A stretch of DNA of 54,003 nt from an uncultured Desulfobacterales bacterium (GTDB taxonomy: Bacteria; Desulfobacterota; DSM-4660; Desulfatiglandales; HGW-15), in contig CAYVVQ010000004.1 in NCBI GenBank assembly GCA_964454455.1, positions 1 to 54,003 of the forward strand, read 5' to 3'. Made by a program: the position numbers and the translations under genes. Of the stretch, positions 45,236 through 54,003 are shown in pieces. The notes under the pieces are model-generated. The model searched no databases and was not told the origin of the DNA. It saw nothing but the letters and a program-made list of their open reading frames with translations. Every line of letters begins with the position of its first letter. Within the stretch, counting starts at the first letter, position 1.

Positions 45236-46036
45236 TCAGGCCGGGCGGTGGCCGTCCGGAACCGGGACCCCGTCCACGTAAACGCGGTTCTTCTCGTCCA
45301 GGGCGAACCGGCCCCGGGCGAGCATCTCCACGGTGAGAGGAAAGATCTTCCAGTCGCCGGCCTCCTTGAGGCGCTCCTGGTGCTCATCCGCCACCTGCGC
45401 AAGGCGTGCCGGATCGGACTTGAGGGCGTCGAGGTCGTCCGGCAGGTGCACCGGGACGGGATCGGAGACCACGAGCAGCGGTCCGGTGTCCACCCCCTGG
45501 TCGGTCCAGAGGGTCGATGAGCGCAGCTCGGTCTCCCCGGCGGCGATGGCGTCGCGTACGGCGTGATCGCCGACATATCTGCGGGTCCCGTCGGGGTTCT
45601 TGATGGAGAGATCCGCGGGGTGGACGTTGACGCAGCCCTGGAGGGTGGTGTAACTCATGTATCCGCCCAGGGCGATGACGTCGATCTCGAAGGCCTCGGT
45701 CAGGCGGGCGGAAACCTGGTCGAAGGCCTTGCGGGCGGCCAGCCCCTCCGCGGTGGCCGCCGTCCGCCGGAGATTCCGGAGTCGATGAAAGGCCCGGATG
45801 TCGTAGCTGGCGTAAAACAGCCCGTGCTCCAGGGCGATGGTCTCTCCCCGGGAGGTCCCGTCCGAGCGGTCCGAGAAGATGAAGACCACCTCGAACGGGG
45901 GCGTGCCCTCCTTCTCCCGGAGGGCCCTTTCCAGCTCGAGGAGCCTGACGATGTTGGTGCCTGATCCGGACATGAAGGCGGCCACGCGCATGGGGCGGCC
46001 GGCCTTGTCCGGATCGAAAAGGGGCATGGGATCCAT
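45236..46036 (-). CDS. Formyltransferase-family protein (PurN-like)
   Basis: RVAAFMSGSGTNIVRL..., VIALGGYM...CVNVHPADL. ATG at 46036 with GGGAG upstream. The track ORF extends to 46159. Confidence 0.55.
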   Translation of the reverse strand: MDPMPLFDPDKAGRPMRVAAFMSGSGTNIVRLLELERALREKEGTPPFEVVFIFSDRSDGTSRGETIALEHGLFYASYDIRAFHRLRNLRRTAATAEGLAARKAFDQVSARLTEAFEIDVIALGGYMSYTTLQGCVNVHPADLSIKNPDGTRRYVGDHAVRDAIAAGETELRSSTLWTDQGVDTGPLLVVSDPVPVHLPDDLDALKSDPARLAQVADEHQERLKEAGDWKIFPLTVEMLARGRFALDEKNRVYVDGVPVPDGHRPA

Positions 46037-46212
46037 GAGGCTCAACTCCCGGTGTGTCGGCCGTGAGGCCTGGGTGCGGATGAGGCGGCCGGCTTCCATG
46101 GAGACGGACACGCGGGTGGACGCGGGCCGAGCCCTCGAAGCGAAGCCGCGGTGCCCCAACGATACCCCAAAACCCGCAAAAGTTCAAAGCCGCCTGCGAT
46201 CCCCCGCTTTTC

Positions 46213-46241
46213 TTGACAAAGTCCCGGCCCCTTTCTATACA
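46213..46241 (+). promoter_or_regulatory. Sigma-70-type promoter
   Basis: TTGACA-N17-TATACA, 34 bp upstream of the ATG at 46275. Confidence 0.55.
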
Positions 46242-46274
46242 GGATGGTGGCGCATTCAGGGGGAAAGGGGGCTC

Positions 46275-47534
46275 ATGAAGCTCGAGCCGCAGTGCAAAGA
46301 CAAGCTGATTCGACTGGTGGAGAAGGGGGTGGAGATCCCGAACCCCCTCACCATCGACCTGGGCGACGAGGTGGACCCGGAGCGCATCTCGGGCGACGGG
46401 GTCCGGATCGAGGCCGGCTGCCGCATCTTCGGCGCGGAGACGGCGATCGGGCCGGGTGTCCGGCTCGGGGCCGAAGGGCCGGTCACCCTGGACAACTGCC
46501 AGCTAGGGCCGGGCGTGGCGATCAAAGGCGGGTATGCCGCGGAGGCGACCTTTCTCGCAGGCGCCTCCATGGGGCTCGGCGCCCAGGTCCGCGAGGGGTG
46601 CCTGCTGGAGGAGCAGGCGAGCGGGGCGCACTGCGTGGGGCTCAAGCAGACCATCCTGTTCCCCTTCGTCACCCTGGGCAGCCTCGTCAACTTCTGCGAC
46701 TGCCTCATGGCCGGCGGCACGAGCCGAAGCGACCACAGCGAGGTGGGGAGCTCCTACGTCCACTTCAACTTCACCCCGGACGGAGAGAAGACCACGCCGT
46801 CCCTCATCGGAGACGTGCCCCGGGGGGTGATGCTCAACCAGCGGCCGATCTTCCTGGGCGGCCAGGGGGGCATGGTGGGGCCCCTGCGCATCGAGTACGG
46901 CAGCGTGATCGCGGCGGGGACCATCCTGAGGCGGGATGTCCTGGAGCAGGACAAGCTCGTGGTGGGGGCGCCTCCCCGGGGGGGGGTGATCAACTTCGTT
47001 CCACGGCGATACACCGGGATCGGGCGGATCCTCGAGAAGAACGTCCGCTACCTGGCCAACCTCGCCGCGCTGGAGCAGTGGTACGAGCACGTGCGTCGGC
47101 CCTTTTTCAGGGATCAGGCGTTCGGCGACCTCGTTTACGGGGGGGCCCGGAAGCGGCTCCGGGCGGCCATCGCCGAGCGGGTGAAGCGGGTGCGTACCAT
47201 GATCGACCACATGGAAGCGGAGAGCGGGAAGGGCGACGGCCGTGAAGGCGGCGCCGCCCGCGGCAAACAGGAGCTGGTGGACCGGTTCGACGAGATCGCA
47301 GGTCTCTTCGAGGACGCCCCGCCCCCGGCGGGACCGGACAGGGAGCGGGACGGGTTTCTCGCGCTCCTGACCGGGCCGGAGGGAGGGACTTCCTGCGTGG
47401 AGGCCGTCCAATCGCTCCCCCGGAAAGCGTCCGAGTCGGGCACGAGATGGCTCCAGGGCATCGTGGAGAAGCTGTGCGGGCAGGCCGCGTCCCTGGTGCC
47501 GGGCCTCGGCCTGTTCTCCCGTTCGGGTGCCTGA
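46275..47534 (+). CDS. Left-handed beta-helix (hexapeptide-repeat, GlmU-C-terminal-like) protein with a helical C-terminal extension
   Basis: ATG at 46275. Repeated [LIV]-G-x-x-x-x hexapeptides (IGPGVRLGAEGPVTLDNCQLGPGVAIKGG...). Directly upstream of glmM. Confidence 0.5.
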   Translation: MKLEPQCKDKLIRLVEKGVEIPNPLTIDLGDEVDPERISGDGVRIEAGCRIFGAETAIGPGVRLGAEGPVTLDNCQLGPGVAIKGGYAAEATFLAGASMGLGAQVREGCLLEEQASGAHCVGLKQTILFPFVTLGSLVNFCDCLMAGGTSRSDHSEVGSSYVHFNFTPDGEKTTPSLIGDVPRGVMLNQRPIFLGGQGGMVGPLRIEYGSVIAAGTILRRDVLEQDKLVVGAPPRGGVINFVPRRYTGIGRILEKNVRYLANLAALEQWYEHVRRPFFRDQAFGDLVYGGARKRLRAAIAERVKRVRTMIDHMEAESGKGDGREGGAARGKQELVDRFDEIAGLFEDAPPPAGPDRERDGFLALLTGPEGGTSCVEAVQSLPRKASESGTRWLQGIVEKLCGQAASLVPGLGLFSRSGA

Positions 47535-47551
47535 TTCTGGCCGGAGGCAAC

Positions 47552-48901
47552 GTGGGTCGACTGTTCGGAACAGACGGAATTCGCGGAGAGGCCAACCGGT
47601 CCCCCATGGACGGGTTGACCGGGTTCGCCCTGGGCCGGGCGCTGGTGGAGGTCCGGGGACGGAGGGACGGCCGTACCCGGGTGGTGATCGGGAAGGACAG
47701 CCGGCTCTCCGGCGACATGCTGGAGAGCGCCGTGGCCTCGGGCGCAGCGTCGGCCGGGGGCGATGTCTTGCGGGCCGGCGTGCTGCCGACCCCCGGTGTG
47801 GCGTTTCTCACCCGGGATGCGGGGGCGGAGGCCGGCGTCATGATCAGCGCGTCTCACAACCCCTTCCAGGACAACGGCTTCAAGATCTTCTCCTCTCTGG
47901 GCACGAAGCTGTCGGAGGAGGACGAGAAAACCCTGGAGTCCGCCATCCTGGACGATTCGAGGCGGGATCCACGGGGCGGGCCGGGGGATCCGGGGCGGAT
48001 CCTCGACCTGGACGACGCGCGGGAGCGGTACCGGTCCTTCCTCGTGAAGACCTTTCCATCGGGGCTGACGCTGGAAGGCGTTCGAATCGTCCTGGACACG
48101 GCCAACGGGGCCGCGTCCGAGACGGCCCCTTGGGTCTTCCGGGAGCTCGGAGCCGATGTGGAGGTGATCCACGACCGACCGGACGGTACGAACATCAACG
48201 CGCGGTGCGGTTCCGAGCACACGGAGGATCTGGAGAGGCGGGTGCGGGAGAGCGGCGCCCAGGCAGGCCTGGCCTTTGACGGGGACGGGGACCGCCTCAT
48301 CGCGGTGGACGAAAAAGGCCGGAGGCTCACCGGCGATCAGGTGCTGATGATTCTGGCGCGCGATCTCCAGGTGCGGGGGGGATTGACCGGTGGACTGCTG
48401 GTGACCACGGTCATGAGCAACCTCGGCCTGGCGGAGGCCTGCCGTTCCCTGGGAATCCGCCACCACGCCTCCAAGGTGGGGGACCGGTTCGTCCTCGAGG
48501 ACATGCAGCGTCTGGGCGCCGCGCTCGGGGGCGAGGACTCCGGGCACATGATCTTTTTGGACCACCACACCACGGGCGACGGTATTCTGAGCGGGCTTCA
48601 GCTCCTGGCGTGCATGGTCCGGGGAAGGTCGCCGGTCTCCGAGTTGTCCTCCGTCATGGCGGTTTTTCCGCAGGCGCTCGTCAACGTGGAGGTGTCCCGC
48701 AAGCCGGACCTGTCCGGGGTGCCCGAGGTGTCGGAGGTCATCCGGGAGGTGGAGACCGAGCTGGGGGATCGGGGCCGGGTCCTGGTGCGTTACTCGGGAA
48801 CCCAGAACGTCTGCCGGGTCATGGTGGAAGGCCCCGGCCCCGAGGACACCCGGGAGGCATGCGATCGGATCGCCCGTGCCGTGCGGGACGCTGTGGGCTG
48901 A
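47552..48901 (+). CDS. glmM: Phosphoglucosamine mutase
   Basis: GTG at 47552 with GGAGG upstream. LFGTDGIRG, active-site GVMISASHNP, GGEDSGH. Confidence 0.9.
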   Translation: MGRLFGTDGIRGEANRSPMDGLTGFALGRALVEVRGRRDGRTRVVIGKDSRLSGDMLESAVASGAASAGGDVLRAGVLPTPGVAFLTRDAGAEAGVMISASHNPFQDNGFKIFSSLGTKLSEEDEKTLESAILDDSRRDPRGGPGDPGRILDLDDARERYRSFLVKTFPSGLTLEGVRIVLDTANGAASETAPWVFRELGADVEVIHDRPDGTNINARCGSEHTEDLERRVRESGAQAGLAFDGDGDRLIAVDEKGRRLTGDQVLMILARDLQVRGGLTGGLLVTTVMSNLGLAEACRSLGIRHHASKVGDRFVLEDMQRLGAALGGEDSGHMIFLDHHTTGDGILSGLQLLACMVRGRSPVSELSSVMAVFPQALVNVEVSRKPDLSGVPEVSEVIREVETELGDRGRVLVRYSGTQNVCRVMVEGPGPEDTREACDRIARAVRDAVG

Positions 48902-48945
48902 GCCGAAAACGGCCCGCCGGCCACGGCGATCCGCCCCCTTTTACC

Positions 48946-48974
48946 TTGACCGCCCACCCGTCTTTCCCTATAGT
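48946..48974 (+). promoter_or_regulatory. Sigma-70-type promoter
   Basis: TTGACC-N17-TATAGT, upstream of repeat copy E and the thiolase gene. Confidence 0.5.
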
Positions 48975-49005
48975 GACGGCTCGATTCAATCGAACCCGTC
49001 AATCA

Positions 49006-49108
49006 TGATGGCGTCGTAAGAAGCCCTGAACCTTGAGATCTGCCTCGAAATATCTATAGGTTATGGCGTATCCAGCGGCGGGTGAGCGGATTTTTGCGAA
49101 CCCGGCAA
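49006..49108 (+). repeat. MITE-like element, copy E
   Basis: TGATGGCGTCGTAAGAAGCCCTGAACCTTGAGATCTGCC...GGTTATGGCGTATCCAGCGGCGGGTGAGCGGATTTTTGCGAACCCGGCAA. It is preceded at 48990-49002 by a solo CGAACCCGTCAA end fragment. Confidence 0.85.
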
Positions 49109-49277
49109 TCATGTTGCGGGAAAGGGCCCTCACCGCCCCTCCCCGGCAGGGGATGGGAAGGCGGCGGACGTTCTTTCGAGCGGACCGGGGGCGATCGGTA
49201 CCGGCAGCCAATGCCGGCGGCGGGAGGTTGGGCTTTCAGGGTCTCTCTGCCCGCCGCCGCGAAATGGGAGGTTTTCT

Positions 49278-50444
49278 ATGGGAAAAGTAGGGATCATCGG
49301 TGTGGGACAAAGCGCCTTCGTCCGGGGTTACCCCGGCTCCGTCCGGGAGCTGGCCTTCGAGGGCTTCAAGGACGCGATGAAGGACGCAGGGGCCAAGGCC
49401 GAGGACATCGGCGCGTCCGTGGTCTGCTCGGCGCCCGAGTATGACAAACAGCGTTCGCCCGCGGGCGTGTTCGCCGAGTACATGGGGCTCACGCCGCAGC
49501 CCACCTTCTACGTGGAGACGCTCTGCTCCTCGAGCAGCACGGGGTTGAAGCTGGCCTACAGCCTCATCGAGTCGGGGCTCCACGACTCGGTGGCGGTCAT
49601 CGGTTTCCAGAAGATGAGCGAGATCAGCTCGGCCGAGAGCCAGGAGCGCATGGGTCGGGGCGCCGACATCCAGTGGGAAAGCCCCTTCGGGACCATGATG
49701 CCCGCGTACTACGCGATGTATGCGCGGAACCACATGGCCACCTATGGGACAACTCCCGAGGACCTCGCGCTGATCCGCGTGAAATCCTCCACCTACGGGC
49801 AGATCAACGACAGGGCCGTGTATCGAAAAGCCGTGACTGAGGAGATGTTCGGCGATCCGGAGAGCCCCATGTCCGGACCGGTGGCGAGCCCGCTTCGCGT
49901 GGGCGACTGCTGCGCCAACGCGGACGGCAGCTCCTGCATTATCGTGGCCAACGAGGAGAAGGCCAGGGCCCTGAGCGCCAAACCGGTCTGGATCCTCGGC
50001 CTGGGCGCCGCTTCGACCGCTGTGAACCTGGCCGGGAGGGACCTGTTCAACGGCCTGACGGTGGGGATCGAGGCCGGCCGGCAGGCCTACGAGATGGCGG
50101 GGGTCACCCCGAAGGACATCGACGTGGCCGAGGTGCACGACTGTTTCACCATCGCGGAGATGATGGCCTATGAGAACCTGGGTTTTGCCAAGCCCGGGGA
50201 GGGCAGGGACCTGATTCGAGGCAAGGAGACCTACAAGGAGGGTAGCATCCCGGTCAACGTGGACGGCGGACTCCTCAGCAAGGGGCACCCCATCGGGGCC
50301 ACGGGCGGTTCCCAGATTCGCACGATCGTGCTTCAGCTCCGAGTTGAGGCCGGCGAGATGCAGGTAAAGGACCCGGAGATCGGCCTGGTGCACAACATCG
50401 GCGGCGTGGGCCTGTACGGAAACGTGACCATTCTCGGGAGGTAA
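49278..50444 (+). CDS. Thiolase-family protein (SCP-x/archaeal-type acetyl-CoA C-acyltransferase)
   Basis: 388 aa: VETLCSSSSTGLKLAY (active-site Cys region), NVDGGLLSKGHPIGATG, NIGGVG. Confidence 0.85.
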   Translation: MGKVGIIGVGQSAFVRGYPGSVRELAFEGFKDAMKDAGAKAEDIGASVVCSAPEYDKQRSPAGVFAEYMGLTPQPTFYVETLCSSSSTGLKLAYSLIESGLHDSVAVIGFQKMSEISSAESQERMGRGADIQWESPFGTMMPAYYAMYARNHMATYGTTPEDLALIRVKSSTYGQINDRAVYRKAVTEEMFGDPESPMSGPVASPLRVGDCCANADGSSCIIVANEEKARALSAKPVWILGLGAASTAVNLAGRDLFNGLTVGIEAGRQAYEMAGVTPKDIDVAEVHDCFTIAEMMAYENLGFAKPGEGRDLIRGKETYKEGSIPVNVDGGLLSKGHPIGATGGSQIRTIVLQLRVEAGEMQVKDPEIGLVHNIGGVGLYGNVTILGR

Positions 50445-50447
50445 CCC

Positions 50448-50885
50448 ATGGGTAAGAAGAAAGAGATCGACATTCGATTCAACAAGTTCGGAACGGTGCC
50501 TTTCACCGCCACGTCCAAGGTCAACGACTTCATCGATTACCTGGAGAACGGCAAGGTGATGGGGACCCGGTGCAAGGACTGCGGCCTGATGTTCTTTCCG
50601 CCCCGGGCGGACTGTTACAACTGCCTCGCCGGCAATATGGACTGGTTCCAGGTGAGCGGCAGGGGCAAGCTCGTCAGCTACAGCAAGCTCGAGTACGCGC
50701 CGCAGGGCTTTGGCGAGGATTTGCCTTACGCCATCGCGCTGCTCGACTACGGGGACTACAAGGTCTTCGGACGCATCGCGGACGGCGTTCCGGAGGACGA
50801 GATCGAGGTGGGCATGGAGCTCGAGACCGTGGCGAACGAGCTGCCCAACGGCCAGCTCAATTATGTCTTCCAGAAACCCGCGTGA
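50448..50885 (+). CDS. DUF35 Zn-ribbon/OB-fold protein (thiolase partner)
   Basis: 145 aa: CKDCGLMFFPPRADCYNC zinc ribbon followed by an OB-fold segment. Starts 3 nt after the thiolase stop. Confidence 0.8.
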   Translation: MGKKKEIDIRFNKFGTVPFTATSKVNDFIDYLENGKVMGTRCKDCGLMFFPPRADCYNCLAGNMDWFQVSGRGKLVSYSKLEYAPQGFGEDLPYAIALLDYGDYKVFGRIADGVPEDEIEVGMELETVANELPNGQLNYVFQKPA

Positions 50886-50893
50886 CGGTTCGG

Positions 50894-50931
50894 GCCGCCC
50901 TCCCGGCGAGCAACCCGGAGGGCGGCTTTTT
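50894..50931 (+). terminator. Rho-independent terminator
   Basis: GCCGCCCTCCCGG-cgagcaa-CCCGGAGGGCGGC followed by TTTTT, 9 nt after the DUF35 stop. Confidence 0.75.
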
Positions 50932-50972
50932 CCTCCTGCCGCTCGAGACGAGCGGCCTCATCCCACAGGGCC

Positions 50973-51893
50973 ATGGAGCCTTCCCCCCGCCATCGTCCGG
51001 ACTGGATCGAGATTTCCATCCAGTCGGATTCCTGCACCCACGAGGCCGTGAGCCACTTCCTCATGGAGACACTCGGATGTGAGGGCGTGGTGACGGACGT
51101 GTTTTCCGAGCGCATCGTCCGGGCCTACCTTCCTGCAGGGTCGCCTTCGGAAAGTCTCGATCTCCGCATCGATGCCTTTCTGACGGGCCTCGTGGACTGG
51201 TTTCCGGACATCGACACGCCCACCTTCGAGCTGGACCGGATTCGGGATCCCGACTGGCGAACGGCCTGGCGGGAGCATTTCCGGGTCGAGCAGGTCACGC
51301 CGGGCCTCCTGGTGGCGCCGGCCTGGGAGCCCGTCCCTCGAGCCGTTTCGGGGCGGGTGCTCCGGATGGACCCGGGGCCCGCCTTCGGCACCGGTCGCCA
51401 TGCCACCACCCGCATGTGCCTTCAGGCCATGGAAGACCTGGCCCCGGAGGGACCGTGGAGCCTCCTGGACGTTGGGACCGGAAGCGGAATCCTGGCGGCC
51501 TACGGCGTGCTTCTGGGCGCCTCGCCGGTGGAAGGTGTGGACGTGGACGAGGAGGCGCTTCGCTGGGCCGAGTGGAACCTGGAGCTGAACGGCCTGTCGG
51601 GGGCCGTTCGGCTCTCGTCCGACCCGCTGGATACCTGGAAGACCTCCTTTTCCATGGTCACGGCCAACCTGACCCTGGACGCGATTCAACGCCTCCTGAC
51701 GCAGCTGGTCCGGCGGGTCGCCCCCGGGGGCAGCCTGGTGCTCTCCGGTCTCTTGAGGGAGCAGGTTTCCCCGGTGACGCTTCCACTGGCCCGGGAAGGG
51801 TTCCAACCGGTTCGAGAGCTCCGGGGAGAGGAGTGGGTCTGCCTGGTGTTCGAAAGCCCCGGCTCGGATTCGACGGGAAAGAGACGGCCGTGA
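50973..51893 (+). CDS. prmA: Ribosomal protein L11 methyltransferase
   Basis: PGPAFGTGRHATTRMCL...LLDVGTGSGILA...GVDVDEEAL...ANL. Confidence 0.85.
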   Translation: MEPSPRHRPDWIEISIQSDSCTHEAVSHFLMETLGCEGVVTDVFSERIVRAYLPAGSPSESLDLRIDAFLTGLVDWFPDIDTPTFELDRIRDPDWRTAWREHFRVEQVTPGLLVAPAWEPVPRAVSGRVLRMDPGPAFGTGRHATTRMCLQAMEDLAPEGPWSLLDVGTGSGILAAYGVLLGASPVEGVDVDEEALRWAEWNLELNGLSGAVRLSSDPLDTWKTSFSMVTANLTLDAIQRLLTQLVRRVAPGGSLVLSGLLREQVSPVTLPLAREGFQPVRELRGEEWVCLVFESPGSDSTGKRRP

Positions 51894-52651
51894 GACGGTT
51901 TTTCGTGGAGCGGATTCAGGTGGAGGACGGCCTGGTCCGGGTGACCGGGTCGGAGGCGAGGCACATGCTCCGTGTCCTGCGCATGGGGCCGGGAGACCGA
52001 CTGGTGCTCATGGACGGATCCGGGGCGCGCCACCAGGCGGTGATCCGGACGGTGGGGCGGGACCGGGCGGACCTTCTCCTGGAGCGTCCCCTTCCGGTCC
52101 CCCCACCGTCTCCGCTGGAGATCACGGTCTGTCCCTCGCTTCTCAAATCCCGTCCCATGGATCTCCTGATCCAGAAGGCATCGGAGCTGGGCGTGGCCGC
52201 CGTTCAACCCTTCACGTCGAGCCGGTCGGCGGTTCACCTGGAGGGCAGGCGCCTCGAGAGTCGCCTGCGTCACTGGGGGGAGATCGCCAGAAACGCAGCC
52301 AAGCAGGCCGATCGGGCGGTTCCCGCCCGCGTGGATCGCCCGGTGTCCTTCGACGCGCTCCTCGACCGGTGGCGGGACCGGCAGGCGTCCAGGGTGATCC
52401 TTTGGGAATCCGAGGAGGCCTGGGATCTGAAGGGGTTTCTGAGGCGGGAGGGCCGGGCCGGGACCGTTGCAGCCGTGGTGGGTCCGGAAGGGGGCTTCCA
52501 CCCCCACGAGGTGCGCTCCGCCGAGGAGGCGGGGTTTTCCCCGGTCTCCCTGGGAAGGCGCATCCTTCGGGCGGAGACCGCCGTCCTCGCCGTGGCGGCC
52601 CTGCTCCAGTACGAGTGGGGGGACCTGAGCCTCGAGCAGCCCGGGGGATGA
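51890..52651 (+). CDS. rsmE: 16S rRNA (uracil1498-N3)-methyltransferase
   Basis: GTG at 51890 overlaps the prmA stop (GTGA). RRFFVE...RHMLRVLRMGPGD..., LLKSRPMDLLIQKASELGV, VGPEGGF...LGRRILRAETA. Confidence 0.8.
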   Translation: MRRFFVERIQVEDGLVRVTGSEARHMLRVLRMGPGDRLVLMDGSGARHQAVIRTVGRDRADLLLERPLPVPPPSPLEITVCPSLLKSRPMDLLIQKASELGVAAVQPFTSSRSAVHLEGRRLESRLRHWGEIARNAAKQADRAVPARVDRPVSFDALLDRWRDRQASRVILWESEEAWDLKGFLRREGRAGTVAAVVGPEGGFHPHEVRSAEEAGFSPVSLGRRILRAETAVLAVAALLQYEWGDLSLEQPGG

Positions 52652-52674
52652 CGTCCGAACAACCGCCCGGAGGA

Positions 52675-52705
52675 CGAAAACGGCCCCGCCTGGAAAGGCG
52701 AGGCC
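52675..52705 (-). terminator. Possible terminator of the HdrD-like gene
   Basis: GGCCCCGCCT-GGAA-AGGCGAGGCC hairpin. On the minus strand it is followed by GTTTTCGT. Confidence 0.4.
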
Positions 52706-52712
52706 GCCCGGG

Positions 52713-53813
52713 TTACAGCGCCTCCACCAGGATCTCGGAGAGCTCTTTCACTGGAAGGTTTTTTTCCGTGGCCGGGTCCTCCAGGGTCATGACACAGAAC
52801 GGACAGCTCGTGGTGAGCACCTCCGCACCCTTGTCGACGGCCTCCTGGACCCGCTTTTCGCTGCTCCTCGGGTAGGCGATCTCGGCCTCGAAGAACATCC
52901 GGCCGCCCCCCCCTTCGCAGCAGAGGGAGTTTTCCCGGGCATAGGCGAACTCGACGAGATCGACACCCTCCACCGCCTCCAGCAAGGCGCGAGGGGCGTC
53001 GTAGACCTTGTTCTGCTTTCCGAGGAAGCAGGGGTCGTGGTAGATCACCTTCTTGTTGTAAGGGGTCTTGAAGGCGAGGTCTCCCTTCTCCGCCATCTCC
53101 GCCAGCAGCTCGGTGTAGTGTCTCACCTGGATCCCGAGGTCGCCGTACTCGTTCTTCAAGGCGTTCATGCAGTGGGGCGAGAGCGCGATGATCTCCTTCA
53201 CGCCGTGCTTCTGGAAGGTGGCCGCGTTTTCCTCCTGGAGCTCCTCGAAGAGCCCCTCCTCGCCCATTCTTCGAATCTCGTTTCCACAGCAGGCCTCCTC
53301 GGGACCGAGGATCCCGAACTCCACGCCCGCCCGGTCGAGCAGCTTGGCCACGTTGATGGGGATGACCATGCAACGCGGGTCGGAGGTCTGGATGCAGCAG
53401 GAGAACAGGAGCCGTTTGGACTCCGTCTCCTTGACGTGCGGAATCTCGACGTCCTGCCCTTCCTCCTTGACCCAGTCCGCCCGCTTGGGTCGCGGACGCC
53501 CCCAAGGGTTCTTCTGGACGAAGGCGTTTTCGAGGGCCTTTTGAATCGACAGGGGGATCTGCCCCTCCTCGACAAGCTCGCCCCTCAGCGCGATGATCAT
53601 CTCGGACGGCTTGACGTCTCTCGGGCAGCGAAGCGTGCACTCTCCGCAGGAGGTGCAGTACCAGGGAAGGGCCTTTTCGATGGCGTGCTCGAGGTGTCTC
53701 TTGCGCACCAGCTTGCGGATGTTGAAGGGGGTGATCCCGGATTCCGGGCAGCTCCCCGAGCACATTCCGCACTGCATGCACATGTTGACTTGGCTCTGGG
53801 TCTGGCTATCCAT
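52713..53813 (-). CDS. HdrD/GlpC/DsrK-like Fe-S protein (2x[4Fe-4S] + two CCG domains)
   Basis: CMQCGMCSGSCP, CTSCGECTLRCP, then FSCCIQT...EACCGNE and YHDPCFLG...LCCEGGGG...SCPFC. AAGGAG RBS. Confidence 0.75.
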   Translation of the reverse strand: MDSQTQSQVNMCMQCGMCSGSCPESGITPFNIRKLVRKRHLEHAIEKALPWYCTSCGECTLRCPRDVKPSEMIIALRGELVEEGQIPLSIQKALENAFVQKNPWGRPRPKRADWVKEEGQDVEIPHVKETESKRLLFSCCIQTSDPRCMVIPINVAKLLDRAGVEFGILGPEEACCGNEIRRMGEEGLFEELQEENAATFQKHGVKEIIALSPHCMNALKNEYGDLGIQVRHYTELLAEMAEKGDLAFKTPYNKKVIYHDPCFLGKQNKVYDAPRALLEAVEGVDLVEFAYARENSLCCEGGGGRMFFEAEIAYPRSSEKRVQEAVDKGAEVLTTSCPFCVMTLEDPATEKNLPVKELSEILVEAL

Positions 53814-53862
53814 GAGATTGACTCCTTATACGGGCTGTAACGGCGCGGTCGTATCCGAAACA

Positions 53863-53966
53863 TGATAAAGTCGTAAAAAGCCTGGAACCTTGAGATCTGC
53901 CCTAGACATTTCAAAGGGTTATAGAGTGCCCAGCGGCGGGTGAGCGGATTTTTGCGAACCCGTCAA
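53863..53966 (+). repeat. MITE-like element, copy F
   Basis: TGATAAAGTCGTAAAAAGCCTGGAACCTTGAGATCTGCCC...GGTTATAGAGTGCCCAGCGGCGGGTGAGCGGATTTTTGCGAACCCGTCAA. Confidence 0.85.
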
Positions 53967-54003
53967 GCATCCGGCTCGTCGGCAAAGCCATCGCTCGCGC
54001 ATT

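Noticed and set aside
8583-53966. Possibility that the repeated ~104-bp units are a CRISPR array or CRISPR leader remnants.
   Set aside because: The copies are dispersed over 45 kb, occur in both orientations, are ~104 bp long and are not regularly spaced. No cas genes are present.

Overview
GC-rich (about 65% by eye, not computed) chromosomal segment. The gene content (HdrA/MvhD/HdrBC-type redox genes, sigma-54 regulation, Tat Fe-S proteins, thiolase+DUF35, crotonase) suggests an anaerobic Thermodesulfobacteriota/deltaproteobacterium-like organism; this is inference only. I call about 44 protein-coding genes and no rRNA, tRNA or CRISPR. Left to right: (1) a visibly lower-GC 3.4-kb gene for a sensor with about nine tandem PAS modules, cut by the window edge; (2) a tetR-MFP-RND efflux operon with a clear operator palindrome; (3) two orphan genes behind a near-consensus sigma-54 promoter; (4) a housekeeping block (chalcone-isomerase-like, pcm, SpeE-like membrane protein, yhhQ, geranylgeranyl-reductase-like); (5) a REC-PAS histidine kinase and a PAS-type sigma-54 activator; (6) a CNNM/CBS transporter with a coupled orphan ORF; (7) a ~15-kb locus described below; (8) a cNMP-PilZ protein, an ilvE-like gene and a crotonase; (9) an ECF sigma/ZAS anti-sigma pair with a Tat-FeS/cytochrome-b-like/Cys-rich trio; (10) an acetyl-CoA-transferase::GNAT fusion, a formyltransferase-like gene, LbH protein-glmM, thiolase-DUF35, prmA-rsmE and an HdrD-like CCG protein. 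The ~15-kb locus (22461-37378) is the centrepiece. It runs: sigma-54 promoter, receiver-like protein lacking the acceptor Asp, HdrA with a nested NfnB/GltD-like module, MvhD, an Fe-S protein, a tandem HdrA carrying an embedded CheY-type receiver domain, HdrC, HdrB, a kinase with an extracytoplasmic CXXCH motif, a REC-kinase hybrid, and a CheY. The best candidate for something undescribed is this apparent phospho-relay wiring of a flavin-based electron-bifurcation-type complex. A ~104-bp MITE-like element with imperfect ~20-bp terminal inverted repeats occurs in six full and at least three partial or degenerate copies, always intergenic; two copies lie inside the hdr transcription unit. All family calls are from reading motifs in the translations. 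No database search was run.
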